Origin: a virus
Taxonomy: Duplodnaviria > Caudoviricetes
Length of the DNA stretch: 64,000 nt
Reading direction: 5' to 3' (one strand)
Virus record (IMG/VR): IMGVR_UViG_2706795974_000001
Coordinates: 9,753-73,752 of that record
Positions 9,646-20,800 of the stretch are shown piece after piece. The notes under the pieces were generated by a model. That model made no database searches. It had not been told where the DNA came from and saw nothing but the letters and a program-made list of their open reading frames with translations. The translations under genes were made by a program, and so were the position numbers. Numbering within the stretch: position 1 is the stretch's first letter; the number at the start of each line of letters is the position of its first letter.

Positions 9646-10665
9646 ATGGGTGTCAGTTCACAGCAGGGCGTCTTCGCTCTCAAGACCCAGACCGCACGCG
9701 GAGTCACAGCCACCGACATTGGCACGACTGGTGTCGCCATGTACCGCACCGGCGGCTCGATGACCCCGAACCGCGAGCTGATGATCCCCGACGCGGAGAT
9801 CGGCGGAGGCCGCGACGTCCCCGACGCACTGCTCGGTCCCATCTCGTTTGGCGGTGACATCGAGTTCTACACTCGATTCACCTCTATCGGTGTTCTACTC
9901 AAGGCCGCGCTCGGTGCGCCCGTCTCGGCTGCGGGCACCGCTACCGGCACGACGGTTCACACCTTCACCCCAACCGACGCGACGACCTTGCCGTTCCTGA
10001 CGGTGTACGAGCGCATCGGTGCGGATCTGGAGCGCATCCTCTACACCGACTGCGTGGTCAACACACTGCACCTCGAGTCGGATGCAGATGGCTACCTGAC
10101 CGGCACTGCTGGCCTCATCGGCTGCCGTGGTCTGTTCGGTACGCCGGATGTGGATGTCTCGGACGTGCTGGACGAGACCACCATCACGGTCGGTACCAAC
10201 ATCCAGGTGCTCTACGACTCGGCCAACATCAAGCCGAAGTCGTTCAGCATCGACATCAACAACAACTTCGAGGACGACGACTTCCGTCTCGGTTCGTTCT
10301 ACCTCGAGGACCTCACGCCGAAGCGTCGTGAGATCAACGGGTCTCTCACCCTGCGCCACGAGACCAAGGACCTCATGCGGCAGGCGCTGCTTGGTTCTTC
10401 GTCCGCGACTCAGGCCGGCGGTCTCACTACGAAGAAGCCGATCAAGATCGTTATCTCCACCTACGGCGAGATTCCCGACTCCGATCCGGCAACGCCGTTC
10501 GGTCTCGAGCTGGAGTTCCCCGAGACCGTGTTCGAGCCCTTCGGCTTCGAGCCCTCGGGTGACGACATCCTCGAGTCGGATGTGACTTTCCAGGCGGTGC
10601 GCCCCGTCTCATCGACCCCGGTTATGACGGCGACGCTGACCAACGGCGCTTCTGCCGTGGTCTAA
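9646..10665 (+). CDS. Major tail (tube) protein
   Basis: 339 aa with biased codons; HTFTPT...PFLTV, DCVVNTLHL and SFSIDINNN..RREING are tail-tube motifs. Confidence 0.85.
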   Translation: MGVSSQQGVFALKTQTARGVTATDIGTTGVAMYRTGGSMTPNRELMIPDAEIGGGRDVPDALLGPISFGGDIEFYTRFTSIGVLLKAALGAPVSAAGTATGTTVHTFTPTDATTLPFLTVYERIGADLERILYTDCVVNTLHLESDADGYLTGTAGLIGCRGLFGTPDVDVSDVLDETTITVGTNIQVLYDSANIKPKSFSIDINNNFEDDDFRLGSFYLEDLTPKRREINGSLTLRHETKDLMRQALLGSSSATQAGGLTTKKPIKIVISTYGEIPDSDPATPFGLELEFPETVFEPFGFEPSGDDILESDVTFQAVRPVSSTPVMTATLTNGASAVV

Positions 10666-10690
10666 GCCCCCCCGGTTACCTCCTGGGGTC

Positions 10691-10738
10691 AGAGTCCCCT
10701 GCACCAAAGTCGGCGAACCCTTTGGTGCAGGGGACTCT
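10691..10738 (+). terminator. Perfect 19-bp hairpin between major tail gene and tRNA
   Basis: AGAGTCCCCTGCACCAAAG / CTTTGGTGCAGGGGACTCT. Confidence 0.6.
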
Positions 10739-10742
10739 CCAG

Positions 10743-10814
10743 TGGTCCGTAGCTCAATGGCAGAGCGCCCGACTGTTAATCGGGTGGTTGAAGGTTCGAG
10801 TCCTTCCGGTCCAG
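10743..10814 (+). tRNA. tRNA-Asn(GTT), CCA not encoded
   Basis: D arm AGCTCAATGGCAGAGC; anticodon arm CCCGA-CT-GTT-AA-TCGGG (GTT at 10775-10777); T arm GAAGG-TTCGAGT-CCTTC; acceptor stem with one T-T mismatch; discriminator G. Confidence 0.92.
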
Positions 10815-10863
10815 CTATACAACTGAATAAAGAAGTCAACTAAGACCAGTGAAAGGGTCACCA

Positions 10864-11457
10864 ATGACACACGCAGGAATCCCCACCCGCGAGCAGGACA
10901 CCTCGGACTTCGAAGGTCGGCCCGAAGCGGAGCGCGCCAATGCCGCCGCACTGGCTGCGGGCGAGGTTGTCGAGGAGAAGCAGTTCGTTGACTACTTCGC
11001 GGCCCCGCTCCCGCAGCGCTGGTACCTGCCGGACGGCGTTCAGTACTTCGAGTACCAGGAACTCCGCGAGGGCGGCAAGGCTGCCTACGAGAAGCTGACC
11101 AACAAGGACATCCGCGTTCAGCGCTCGACCGGAGACGCTCGCCTGTCGGTGGACCCCGCGATCCAGCGACAGTCTCTGATCCGCCTGTCGGTCACCGACG
11201 TGCACCTGATCCAGAAGGACTCGGGCGGTCGCCCGCAGGTGGTGCCCTTTAACAAGGAGCGCCCGGGCAAGTTCTGGGATAACCTGTTCACCTTCTTTCC
11301 GGCCGTGCTCATCGACAAGCTCCACCAGGAGATCGTGAAGGCCAACTCCTGGCTGGCAGCCGACGACGACGTCGAGGCGCTGAAGGAAGAGCGCGAGCGC
11401 CTTGACGAGCGCATCCAGCGCGCCGAGGAGGAGCAGGCAAAAAAGCTCTCCTCGTAG
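10864..11457 (+). CDS. Tail assembly chaperone (gpG equivalent)
   Basis: Lies between tail tube and tape measure; ends ...AKKLSS. Confidence 0.85.
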   Translation: MTHAGIPTREQDTSDFEGRPEAERANAAALAAGEVVEEKQFVDYFAAPLPQRWYLPDGVQYFEYQELREGGKAAYEKLTNKDIRVQRSTGDARLSVDPAIQRQSLIRLSVTDVHLIQKDSGGRPQVVPFNKERPGKFWDNLFTFFPAVLIDKLHQEIVKANSWLAADDDVEALKEERERLDERIQRAEEEQAKKLSS

Positions 11458-11732
11458 AGCAGGCCGCCGACTTCGTCAAGGGGAACAAGATAGCCAATCC
11501 CCACCCAGCCCTGCTGATATACAGCAGGCTGGAGGCGATGAAGTGGTCCATCCCCTACGCGCGGGGCGCACTCGAGGATCAGAGCGTGATGCTGCTTCGG
11601 TGCTTCGACATCATCAACAGGGTTAAGGCTGAACACCAGCGGCAAGAACAAAAGCGTCGCGAGCAGGAGTCCAAGTCTAAGAGACCATCACCCAGGGGTG
11701 GGTCTAGACCAACGGGGCGACGGCGACGCTGA
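10864..11732 (+). CDS. Tail assembly chaperone, -1 frameshift product (gpGT equivalent)
   Basis: Slippery A-AAA-AAG at 11439-11445. The -1 frame is open from there (ALLVEQAADFVKGN...MKWSIPYARGALEDQ) to the TGA at 11730-11732. Confidence 0.85.
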
Positions 11733-11773
11733 CACAACGAGGGCAGTGCTTGCGGGCACTGCCCTCGTTGTGT
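11732..11773 (+). terminator. Perfect 18-bp hairpin before the tape measure gene
   Basis: ACACAACGAGGGCAGTGC / GCACTGCCCTCGTTGTGT. Confidence 0.55.
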
Positions 11774-11841
11774 ATAGTAATGCCTACTTGCACGGGCACA
11801 CGAGGCCCATTCAAATGGACCTCGAAGTCTGGGAGTAGGCG

Positions 11842-14800
11842 TTGAACACGACCGCGGCGAATATCCTCATCACCGCTCAGGCCCGTCAGGCACAGGCGCA
11901 GCTTGCCCGTATGCAGGCCGCGCTTCGTGGACTCCAATCAACCGCCCAGGGCGCCAACGCGGCGCAGGCGACCGCTGCTAACGCAGCCGCAAAGCAGATC
12001 GAGGCTGCCGAGGCAAAGAAGGCTAACGCCGCCGCCCGCGCAGCGCTCGCGATTGAGAACTCCAAGCTTCGGGAGATCAAGGCCGAACAGGCATCCCAAG
12101 TCGCCGCCGCAAAATCAGCTGCGGCTATATCTGTAGCTCAAACAAAGGCAGCGCAAGCCGCCGAGGTGGCCGCGGCCAAACAAGAAGCCTCGGCAGCGAA
12201 GATCGCAGCCGCTGTCGAGGCGGGTGCGATTAAGCAGGCCCTCGCTGCCGAGAAGATGGTTCTCGCACAGCTCCGGGTTGCTGCTGCAACCGAGGCCGCG
12301 CTCGCACGTCAGATTGCTTCGGATAACGCCGCAGCCCTGTCCGCAGAGAAGAGGGCGGCGGCGGAGATCGCAGCACGCGAGTCCACCAACATCGCCACAA
12401 TGCGGGCTGTCGCATCAGCCGAAGCTGCCGCCGCGCGCAAGATTGCATCGGACGCACGCGAGGCGCTGCAGGCTCAGGTGCTCGCCAACGCGGAGACAGG
12501 AAGCGCAAACAAAGTTGTTACCGCTCGACTGCGACGCGCAGCGCAGATTGCGGCCGCCAACCTGCAGACGATCAACTCGAACAACGGCGCAGCCATCGCC
12601 GCTGAGGTGGCCGCATCCCGCGAAGCTAAGGCTGCCCGCGATGCTGCACTCGCCAAGATCGAGTCGGCGCTAAAGGCCGAGACTTCTAACGCTCGCACTT
12701 CCGCGTCCAATGCAGCGGCTGCTGTTAGCGCACAGGTGGCTGCCATCAAGGAGATCGAGTCTAGGGCTGCCGCCGACATGGCGCGCGTCAACAGCGCGGC
12801 CATCGCGGCAGCAGAGAACGCCAAGATCGTATCGTCGGATGCAGCAGTCGCAAACGCTGCTGCCATCGCGGCCGCCAAGGTTAAGGTGTCAGAGGCCGAG
12901 CAGGCGGCGGCAGCGCAGATCTGCGCGCAGCGCACCGCAGTCGCTGAGGCGGAAAAGACTGCGGCTCGCACTGCGGCCGCAGCCGCCGCCGCGGTCGAGA
13001 GTTCGAAGATTGCTGCATCCGAGGCGCGCGCCGCCGCCGCAGCCGAGACCGCGGCCCTCAAGATTCAGGCCGCAAACGAGCGTATCGCTGCGTCGAACGT
13101 CACCGCCGCCGCGAGCACCCGCTCCTGGTCGGCAAGTATGACGGCCGCAGGTTCGCGTATGCAGTGGATCGGCAAGCAGTTGTCGCAGAACTTCACCGCA
13201 CCGATGCTTCTCGCAACAGGCATTGGAGTCAAGTTCGGGCTCGATCTCGAGAAGGGCATGACACGCCTTCGCAAGGTCTATGGCGACCAGGAGATGGAGC
13301 AGTACAAGCTCCGCACTGGCATCGACCTGGTGAAGCTTGAGACTGATGCTTTGCGTGGAGCGGTCATCGCGCTCTCGAACGCATATGGCATCCAGGCCGA
13401 CGAGGTTGCCAACGTTGCAGCAGAGTGGGCCGCAGCTGGTAGCTCGGGTGCGGCGCTTGCCAAGCAGACTGAACTCACAATGAAGACAATGGTCCTCGGC
13501 GAGATGGACGCCGAGGAAGCAACCAAGTCCCTCATTGCCATCCAGGCGCAGTGGGGTGCTGTCACTGAGACTGTCACCGACAAGCAGAACAAGCTGTCGC
13601 TAAGCTCGCGCCAGGGTGCGAAGGATCAGCTGTCGCTGACCACCATCCTCCGTCAGCTGAACGCAGTGGAGAACGAGACCGGCACCACCATGAACGACCT
13701 GGTGGTGGCGTTCTCCCGTGCCTCTGGTGTTGCGCGCACTGCCGGTCTTGATACCGCAACCCTCGCTGCAGCAACCGCCGCCCTGGTCCCCGCAGCCGGT
13801 ACCGCAGCCGAAGCCGGTAACGCCCTCAAGACGATCATCAGCCGAACGCTTACGCCAACCCGCGAAGCTTCGCAGATCATGAATCTGATGGGCATTAACA
13901 CCAAGGGCGCTGCGTGGCAGAGTATGAATGCCGCCCAGCGACTTGCTGAACTGTCGAAGCGGTTTGGCGAGTTGACTGGTGCACAGAAGGCCCAGGTCTC
14001 CGCGTCCCTCGGTTCGCGCTACCAGGTTAACAAGCTTGAGGTGTTGTTTGCATCCCTCGCCAACACCACTGGTTATTACCACAAAGCTCTCGGACTGCTC
14101 GCTAATCAGTCCGAGGTTGTCCGCATCGCGGAGCAGGAGCTTAACGAGGTCCTGACATCGCAGCCGCAGATGCTCCAGCAGGCTGGCGTCATCATCCAGA
14201 ACAGCTTGATGAAGGCTATGGTGCCCATGATCCCGGTGGTCATTCAGATCACCCAGTGGATCGGTAAGATGTTCAACGCCTTTGCTAGCCTCCCCCCGGG
14301 TATCCGAACAACCATCGTTGCTGCAGGACTTTTTCTCGCGACGGTCGGCCCCATCATCATCTTCCTTGGCATTTTCAAGCTCGCCCTCGGTCAGCTGACC
14401 CCGGCGATTATCTTCTTTGGCAAGATGCTTCTGTCCCCGATCACGGGACTCGTTCGACTTGCAGCTGCAATGCTGCTGCCGCTGGCTAACGTCGCACGGC
14501 TCGGCGGAGTGCTTCTCGGGCTGGGCCGAATCTTCATGGCTATCCCGGCAATCGGAATGCTCATGGTTCGCGGTGTCGGCTTTGCGATGACAGGTATGCA
14601 GGCCGCGACCGTCGTCGGCATGGCAGGTGTCCGCGCCGCGTGGGCCACCTCCTGGGCGGCAATGATTACCTTCCAGACCGTCGCTGGAATCGCAATGACG
14701 ACGCGGCAGGCGGTCATCTTCACGCTGATGCTGGCCGCGCAGAACGTCTGGGCTGCCGCGTCGCTCGCAATCCAGAAGGGCTGGGGCGCAGCGTGGGTTG

Positions 14801-17800
14801 CACTCACGGCCATCTGGAAGGCCGCTGACCTCGCTATTCGTTCTACCTACGCCGCCACGGTGGTTGCTGCTCAGGCGACGTGGCAGGCCCTCTCGTTGGC
14901 TGGCCAGCGCGCATGGGCAGCGGCGTGGATTGCACTCACGGCAGGCTGGGCAGCGGCCGGTCGCATGATGGCGGTCGCCTTCGGGTTCGGCCAGCTCGCC
15001 ATTCAGAAGGCGTGGCAAGCCGCATCGCTCGTTCTGTCCGCAGCATTCTGGAAGAAGGCGTGGGGAATCTTTGCCGCAGGCAACCGTGGCCTGCTGGCAA
15101 TCGTAGCCGGTGGAGGAAAGGCGCTGCTGGCGCTGTTCGCTTCGCCCTGGGCTATCGCCATCGCGGTTGTCATCGGCCTGCTGGTTCTGTTCCGCAAGCA
15201 GATCAAGGCCGCGTGGAACAACATCCTCAACTACTTCCGCAACATCCCCAAGGAAACTGCGGCAAGTCTGTCGCCGCTGACGAACCTGTTCGTCAAGGCC
15301 AAGAACGGTATCGTTCGAGCATTTAATGCGCTCCCCGAGGGCGTAAAGAACGCGATGCTCAAGGTCGTCTCCATTGTTGCAATGGCGGCGCGCAAGGTCT
15401 ACGAACTGTTCAGCTACCTAAACCCGTTCGCGCGCCACTCGCCTTCCTTGGTTGAGAATGTCACGAACGGTATGGCAGTTGTTAACCAGCAGTTCGCCAA
15501 TGCTGCGCGCAATGCGACGAGCCATATCAACAGCATCCACAAGGCAATCAAGAGCCTCGACGGTGCCAGTATCGGACTGAAGAATCAGAACTCGCAGGCA
15601 GACCGCGCCGAGTTCGAGGACACCGCCACAAAGGCTGGCGTGGGTGCAGCACTGCCTGCATACGATGCACTCCAGCGCGAGGTCGAGCAGTCCAAGAAGT
15701 ACATGGACCAGCTCAACGCCTCGATCAAGGCGCAGGAGGCGCACCTCAAGCGAATCAAGACTGCGGTCGAACAGTACGATGCTGTCATCGAGGAGATGAA
15801 CTCGTCGCTAGAGACCACCAAGGCCATCCAGGATTCGGTCAACACCGCCCTGGACGGAGCCAAGGCTCGCTATGAGCGCTTCTCTAACGCGCAGATCGAG
15901 GGCACGCAGGCAGCCGAGGACGCCATCTTCAGCAACACGATGGCCCAGAAGCGACTGCAGCTTCAGATCGCCAAGATGGAAGAAGAGTCCGGCACGATCG
16001 ACAGTGTCACCGACTCCTACTCCAAGCTGCAGGGCGAGATCGAGAACCTCACCGCCAAGCAGACCGAACTTCGAAAGGCTGGCGCAGGGTCCGACATCCT
16101 CGGTACATACGACAAGATGATCGCGGACCTCAAGAGCCAGCAGTCGGGGCTCATCACTGGCGGAGCTGACAGCCCGGCAGGCAAGATCGCCGCACTGCAG
16201 TCTTCCCTGGAGAAGCTGCAGAAGCAGGCCGAGATCATGGACCTAGAGAAGGCCCTCAAGTTCGACAGCCTGAATCGTAACCTCGAGAAGTTCAAGTCGA
16301 ACGTCGAGGAGATGCCTTACGGGCAGATCATGTCGGGGCTCGATCAGTCGCGGCAGTCGGTCAACTCCCTGCAGTTCGCCTACGATACCCTCGACACGGT
16401 GATGGCGGGCCAGCAGGCTCGCATCGACGCGATGCAGGCGCAGCGCGATGCACTGCAGAAGACCTATGATGCCGAAGAGAAGAAGCTCGAAGCCGTCCGC
16501 GAGCAGTACAGCTCGGTCGAGGAAGCTGTTCGCAGTGGCGAACAGGCTCTTGATGATTTCTCGTCGGCTGCGGAAGAGGCCGTTCGCCGACAGGAGGAAG
16601 CTGCACGCGCTGCCGAGGAGACATCAAAGAAGCTTAAGGAGAAGAAGGGCGGCGGTGCCGGGGACGGAGAGAGTGACCTCTCGCCCGGCGCGCAGAACTT
16701 CATCGACGCAGCTGCAGGAGACTTCGAGACCTTCGGTGGTGGTGCAACCATCAGCCGCGAGGGTGGGCCTGGGTCGCAGGTTGCTGAGATCGACCAGTTC
16801 ACCAACGACCTGACCAAGGGGCTTGAAGAATCCCTCGGCTCCATGAACCCGTTCACTCCTCTAAAGAACGCATGGAACAAGACGGTCTCTTGGTTCCAGG
16901 GTGTCGCTCCAGGTATTGGTGACGTTTTCAGTAACGTCGGCTCGTCCATTCGCGGAGCCTTCGGTGGCAACCAGGAGGAGGGCATTCGGAAGATCACCGA
17001 GGCCTTTAAGAACTCCAACATGAGTGTCGAGGAATACAAGAAGGCACTCGACGCGATCGGTGCCGACTCCTCGTACAACGCTCGAATGAAGTACATCCAG
17101 GAGGACACGTCATTCTTTGGCAGCCTCTGGGATAGCGTCTGGGGTAAGATCGGCGGGCCGGTCAAGAAGGTCTGGGGTGTCGTCGAGAACTTCGGCAAGC
17201 TTATTGGCGGACTGTTCGGAGACGATCTCAAGACAACCCTCTCCGAACTCGGTAATGGGTTCTCGGGCATCTTTGATAAGATCAAGGGTCCGATCCAGAA
17301 CTTTATCGACACGATCATTCCCGCACTCTCGGTTGCGGCACAGCACCTTGCGCCAGTCTTTGGTGCGGTAATTCTTGTGCTCGAAGTTCTGTGGGAGGTG
17401 ATTAACGGCGCGATTGGCCCGGTGTTCAGTTGGCTCGGCGACATCATCGGTGCTGTCATCAACATCATCACTGGCGTCATCAAGGTCATAATGGGCGCCA
17501 TGAAGGTTATCCAGGGTGTCGTCCAGGTCATCATCGGACTCTTCAAGGGTCTGTTCACGATGGACTGGGGCATGTTCATCGACGGCCTGAAGAATATCTT
17601 CGGTGGGTTTGGCGACATGTTCGGCGGCATCGTTGACATCGTTAAGGGCATCTTCGTCGCCATCTGGAGCACCATCAAGAACGCTGGTAAGCTGATCTGG
17701 AATGTGGTCTGGGGCCTAGTCAAGGGCGTCATCGACTTCTTCGTCCACCTGTGGGATGTCCTGGTCGGACACTCGATTATTCCTGATATGGTCAAGGCGA

Positions 17801-20800
17801 TCATTGATTGGTTCCTCCAGCTGCCGGGCAGAGTGCTCAGCATGGTCTGGAACTTCATCCTGAAGCTGATCGGATTCTTTGCTAGCCTGCCAGGGAGGAT
17901 TCTCTCGGCAATCGCTACACTCGGCTCGATCCTTTGGAACGGGATCAGCGCTGCGTTCACCTGGCTTGTGGATAACGGACCGGGGCTGCTGCTTGGGTTC
18001 TTGACATTCATTGGAACTATCCCACTCAAGGTCATCGAGACCCTCGCCGGCTTCGGCATGAAGCTCTTCGAGTGGGCCAAGGCCGGATTCCAGTTCATGG
18101 TCGACAAGGGTCCAGACATCCTCATGGGTGTTCTGAACTGGATCGGCGGCATCGAGTGGAAGCTCATCAACGGGCTCCTCGGCTTCGGCCAGAAGCTGTG
18201 GGACTGGATGAAGGGCGCATGGCAGTGGGTCGTTGACAAGGGCGGCGACATCATCGCGCCGGTCCTGAATTACTTCAAGGAACTGCCTGGCAACTTCATC
18301 CGCGGCCTGGGTAACATCGGCTCCAAGCTTTGGGAGTGGATGAAGGGCGGCTGGGACTTCCTTGTCAACGATTTTCCGAACATCATCAAGGGTGCGCTGG
18401 ACTTCATCGGTGGAATCCCCGGCAAGTTCCTTCGCCGACTCGGCAATGGCCTTACCGTGATGTACAACTACGGCAAGGACATCATCCAGGGTCTGATGAA
18501 CGGAGCTGGTGAGCTGCTCAAGAAGCTTGGCGACTGGTTCCTCGATAAGGTCCCCGGCTGGATCAAGACGCCCTTCAAGAAGGCGCTCGGCATTGCATCG
18601 CCGTCGAAGGTGTTCGCTGGCTACGGCGAGAACATCGGCGAAGGTCTGATCGTCGGCATCGGAAACATGCAGGGCCAGGTCGAGCAGGCTTCTATCGCAA
18701 TGGCTGCCGCAGCCGACAAGGGCGAGGTCGGTGGCATTTCGGTCTCGGCCGTCGCTGACACTTCATCCGTGGGTGGCACCGTGTCCGCATTGGAGGGTGC
18801 CGTTGCAGCATCCGGCCCGGTGGGGGTCGATACGGCGGCATCCGGCCCGGCGGACATCCAACCCATGCTCGACGCCGCAATTGCAGCGTTTGAAAGCTTT
18901 GATTCCACCATGCAGTCGAAGATGGCTGCGTTCATCGCTGCCGTCCAGGTCATGTTCGCCTCGATGGTTAGCGCGGTCCTGGCAACCCTGTCGCAGGTTA
19001 GCATCGGCGGAACCACGTCGTTCACCCAGCTGCAGACGTCGGTACTCGCCATCGTCACCGCGATGGTCGCTGCGGTCAACGCACAACTCCAGCAACTGAT
19101 CAGCTACGTGAACCAGTTCGGCGTGCAGCTGACCACAGCGTGGGCGTCCGCCTGGTCGGCGTGGCGTTCGGAGACCACAGCCGGAGTTGACCACACGCTC
19201 GACGAGTGGCAGCGCATGGCAGATGGTATGCGGAGCGTCTTCGATAACGGTATCGCGCCGATCTTCGAAGACATCGGGACCATGTACACCACCCTCGAGG
19301 GTGCGACTCGAACCACTGTTGATAACGTCGGAACCACCTGGGCTGAGGTTGAGACCAAGACCAAGAAGCCTGCCGGTATTGTTATCAATGAGGTCTACAA
19401 TAAGGGCCTTCGTGGAGCATGGAACAAGTTCAACAAGTTCCTCGGGGTAGACGAACTGCCCGAGTTCACTGTTGCATACCGCACTGGCGGTCCCGTCTGG
19501 GGCTCCGGAAACGGCACGTCCGATAGCGTGAACGCGCGCCTGTCGCGTGGCGAGCATGTCATCACCGCCAAGGAAGTCGAGGGCGCTGGTGGCCATAAGG
19601 CTGTCATGCAGGTTCGACAGATGTGGCGAGCTGGTTTGCCAGCCTACGCGATGGGTGGACCAGTCGACCCGAAGGCTCCGCCGTGGCCCGGCGAGGCGAA
19701 CCTCAAGCCAGCAGCTATCCTGGCTCGGCGCAACATCCACAAGTACTGGCCGATGGTTCGCGAGATTGGCGGTTACCGCCCAAGCGATCCGTACCCCGAT
19801 CATCCCTCGGGACTCGCGCTCGACATTATGGTTGGCAACTCGAACCCAGTGGGCGACGAGATTAATGAGTGGCTGCATCGGAACATGGTTCCGCTTGCGC
19901 TGAACTACACCATCTGGAAGCAGTTCTACCGGCCAGCCGGTGGGGTTGGCAACCTGATGGAGGATCGCGGCAGCATAACCCAGAACCACTTCGATCACAT
20001 TCACGCACTGTTCAACGATAACGGCGTGCCGGGCATTAAGACGGGCGGCATCGGCGGATCGAGTGGTGGAGCTCCCATCGATTACGAGAAGATTGTCCGC
20101 GAGTCCTTCAAGGCTGACATGGACGAGGTTCGCAAGAGCCTGCCGGTCATCCCCGGAGGGATCGGCCAGTGGCCGAAGGTGTCTGCAGATGTGGCAGAGA
20201 AGATGGCACTCAAGCATCTCCTCCCCATCGCAAAGAAGATGAGCATCTCGACCGGATCGACCGCCTCCGCCTGGGCGGGTGCGCCAGATGCATCCGTTGT
20301 GGAGAAGGTCAAGGCTGCGGTCGCAATGTACGGCTGGGATCAGGGTGCGGAGTGGGAAGCGCTTAACCAGCTGATCGGTCACGAGTCTTCGTGGAACCCG
20401 AACGCGCAGAACCCGAGCTCGACTGCGTACGGTTTGTTCCAGTTCCTTGATTCGACCTGGGCTACTGTTGGCGGCACCAAGACTTCCGATCCCTACCTGC
20501 AGGCTGTCTACGGTGCGCGCTACATCAAGAACCGCTATGGAAGCCCTTCGGCGGCCTGGGCATTCTGGCAGAACCCTCAGCCCAATCCCTATGGTGGAAA
20601 CTGGTACGACAACGGCGGATACCTGCAGCCCGGCTCGCAGATTGTTCACAACCAGACCGGCGGACCCGAGCCTGTTCTCACCGCCGTCCAGTGGGCCGCT
20701 ATGTTCGACCTGGCGAGTCGTCCGCCCGTTACCGAGGACACGCTGCAGGATGCGGTCGAGAAGGCCAACATTGCAACCGGCAACACAGACGATGCAACGA

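Noticed and set aside
11842-13140. Separate gene or repeat element upstream of the TMP core
   Set aside because: Continuous frame with no DNA-level repeat unit or internal RBS seen.
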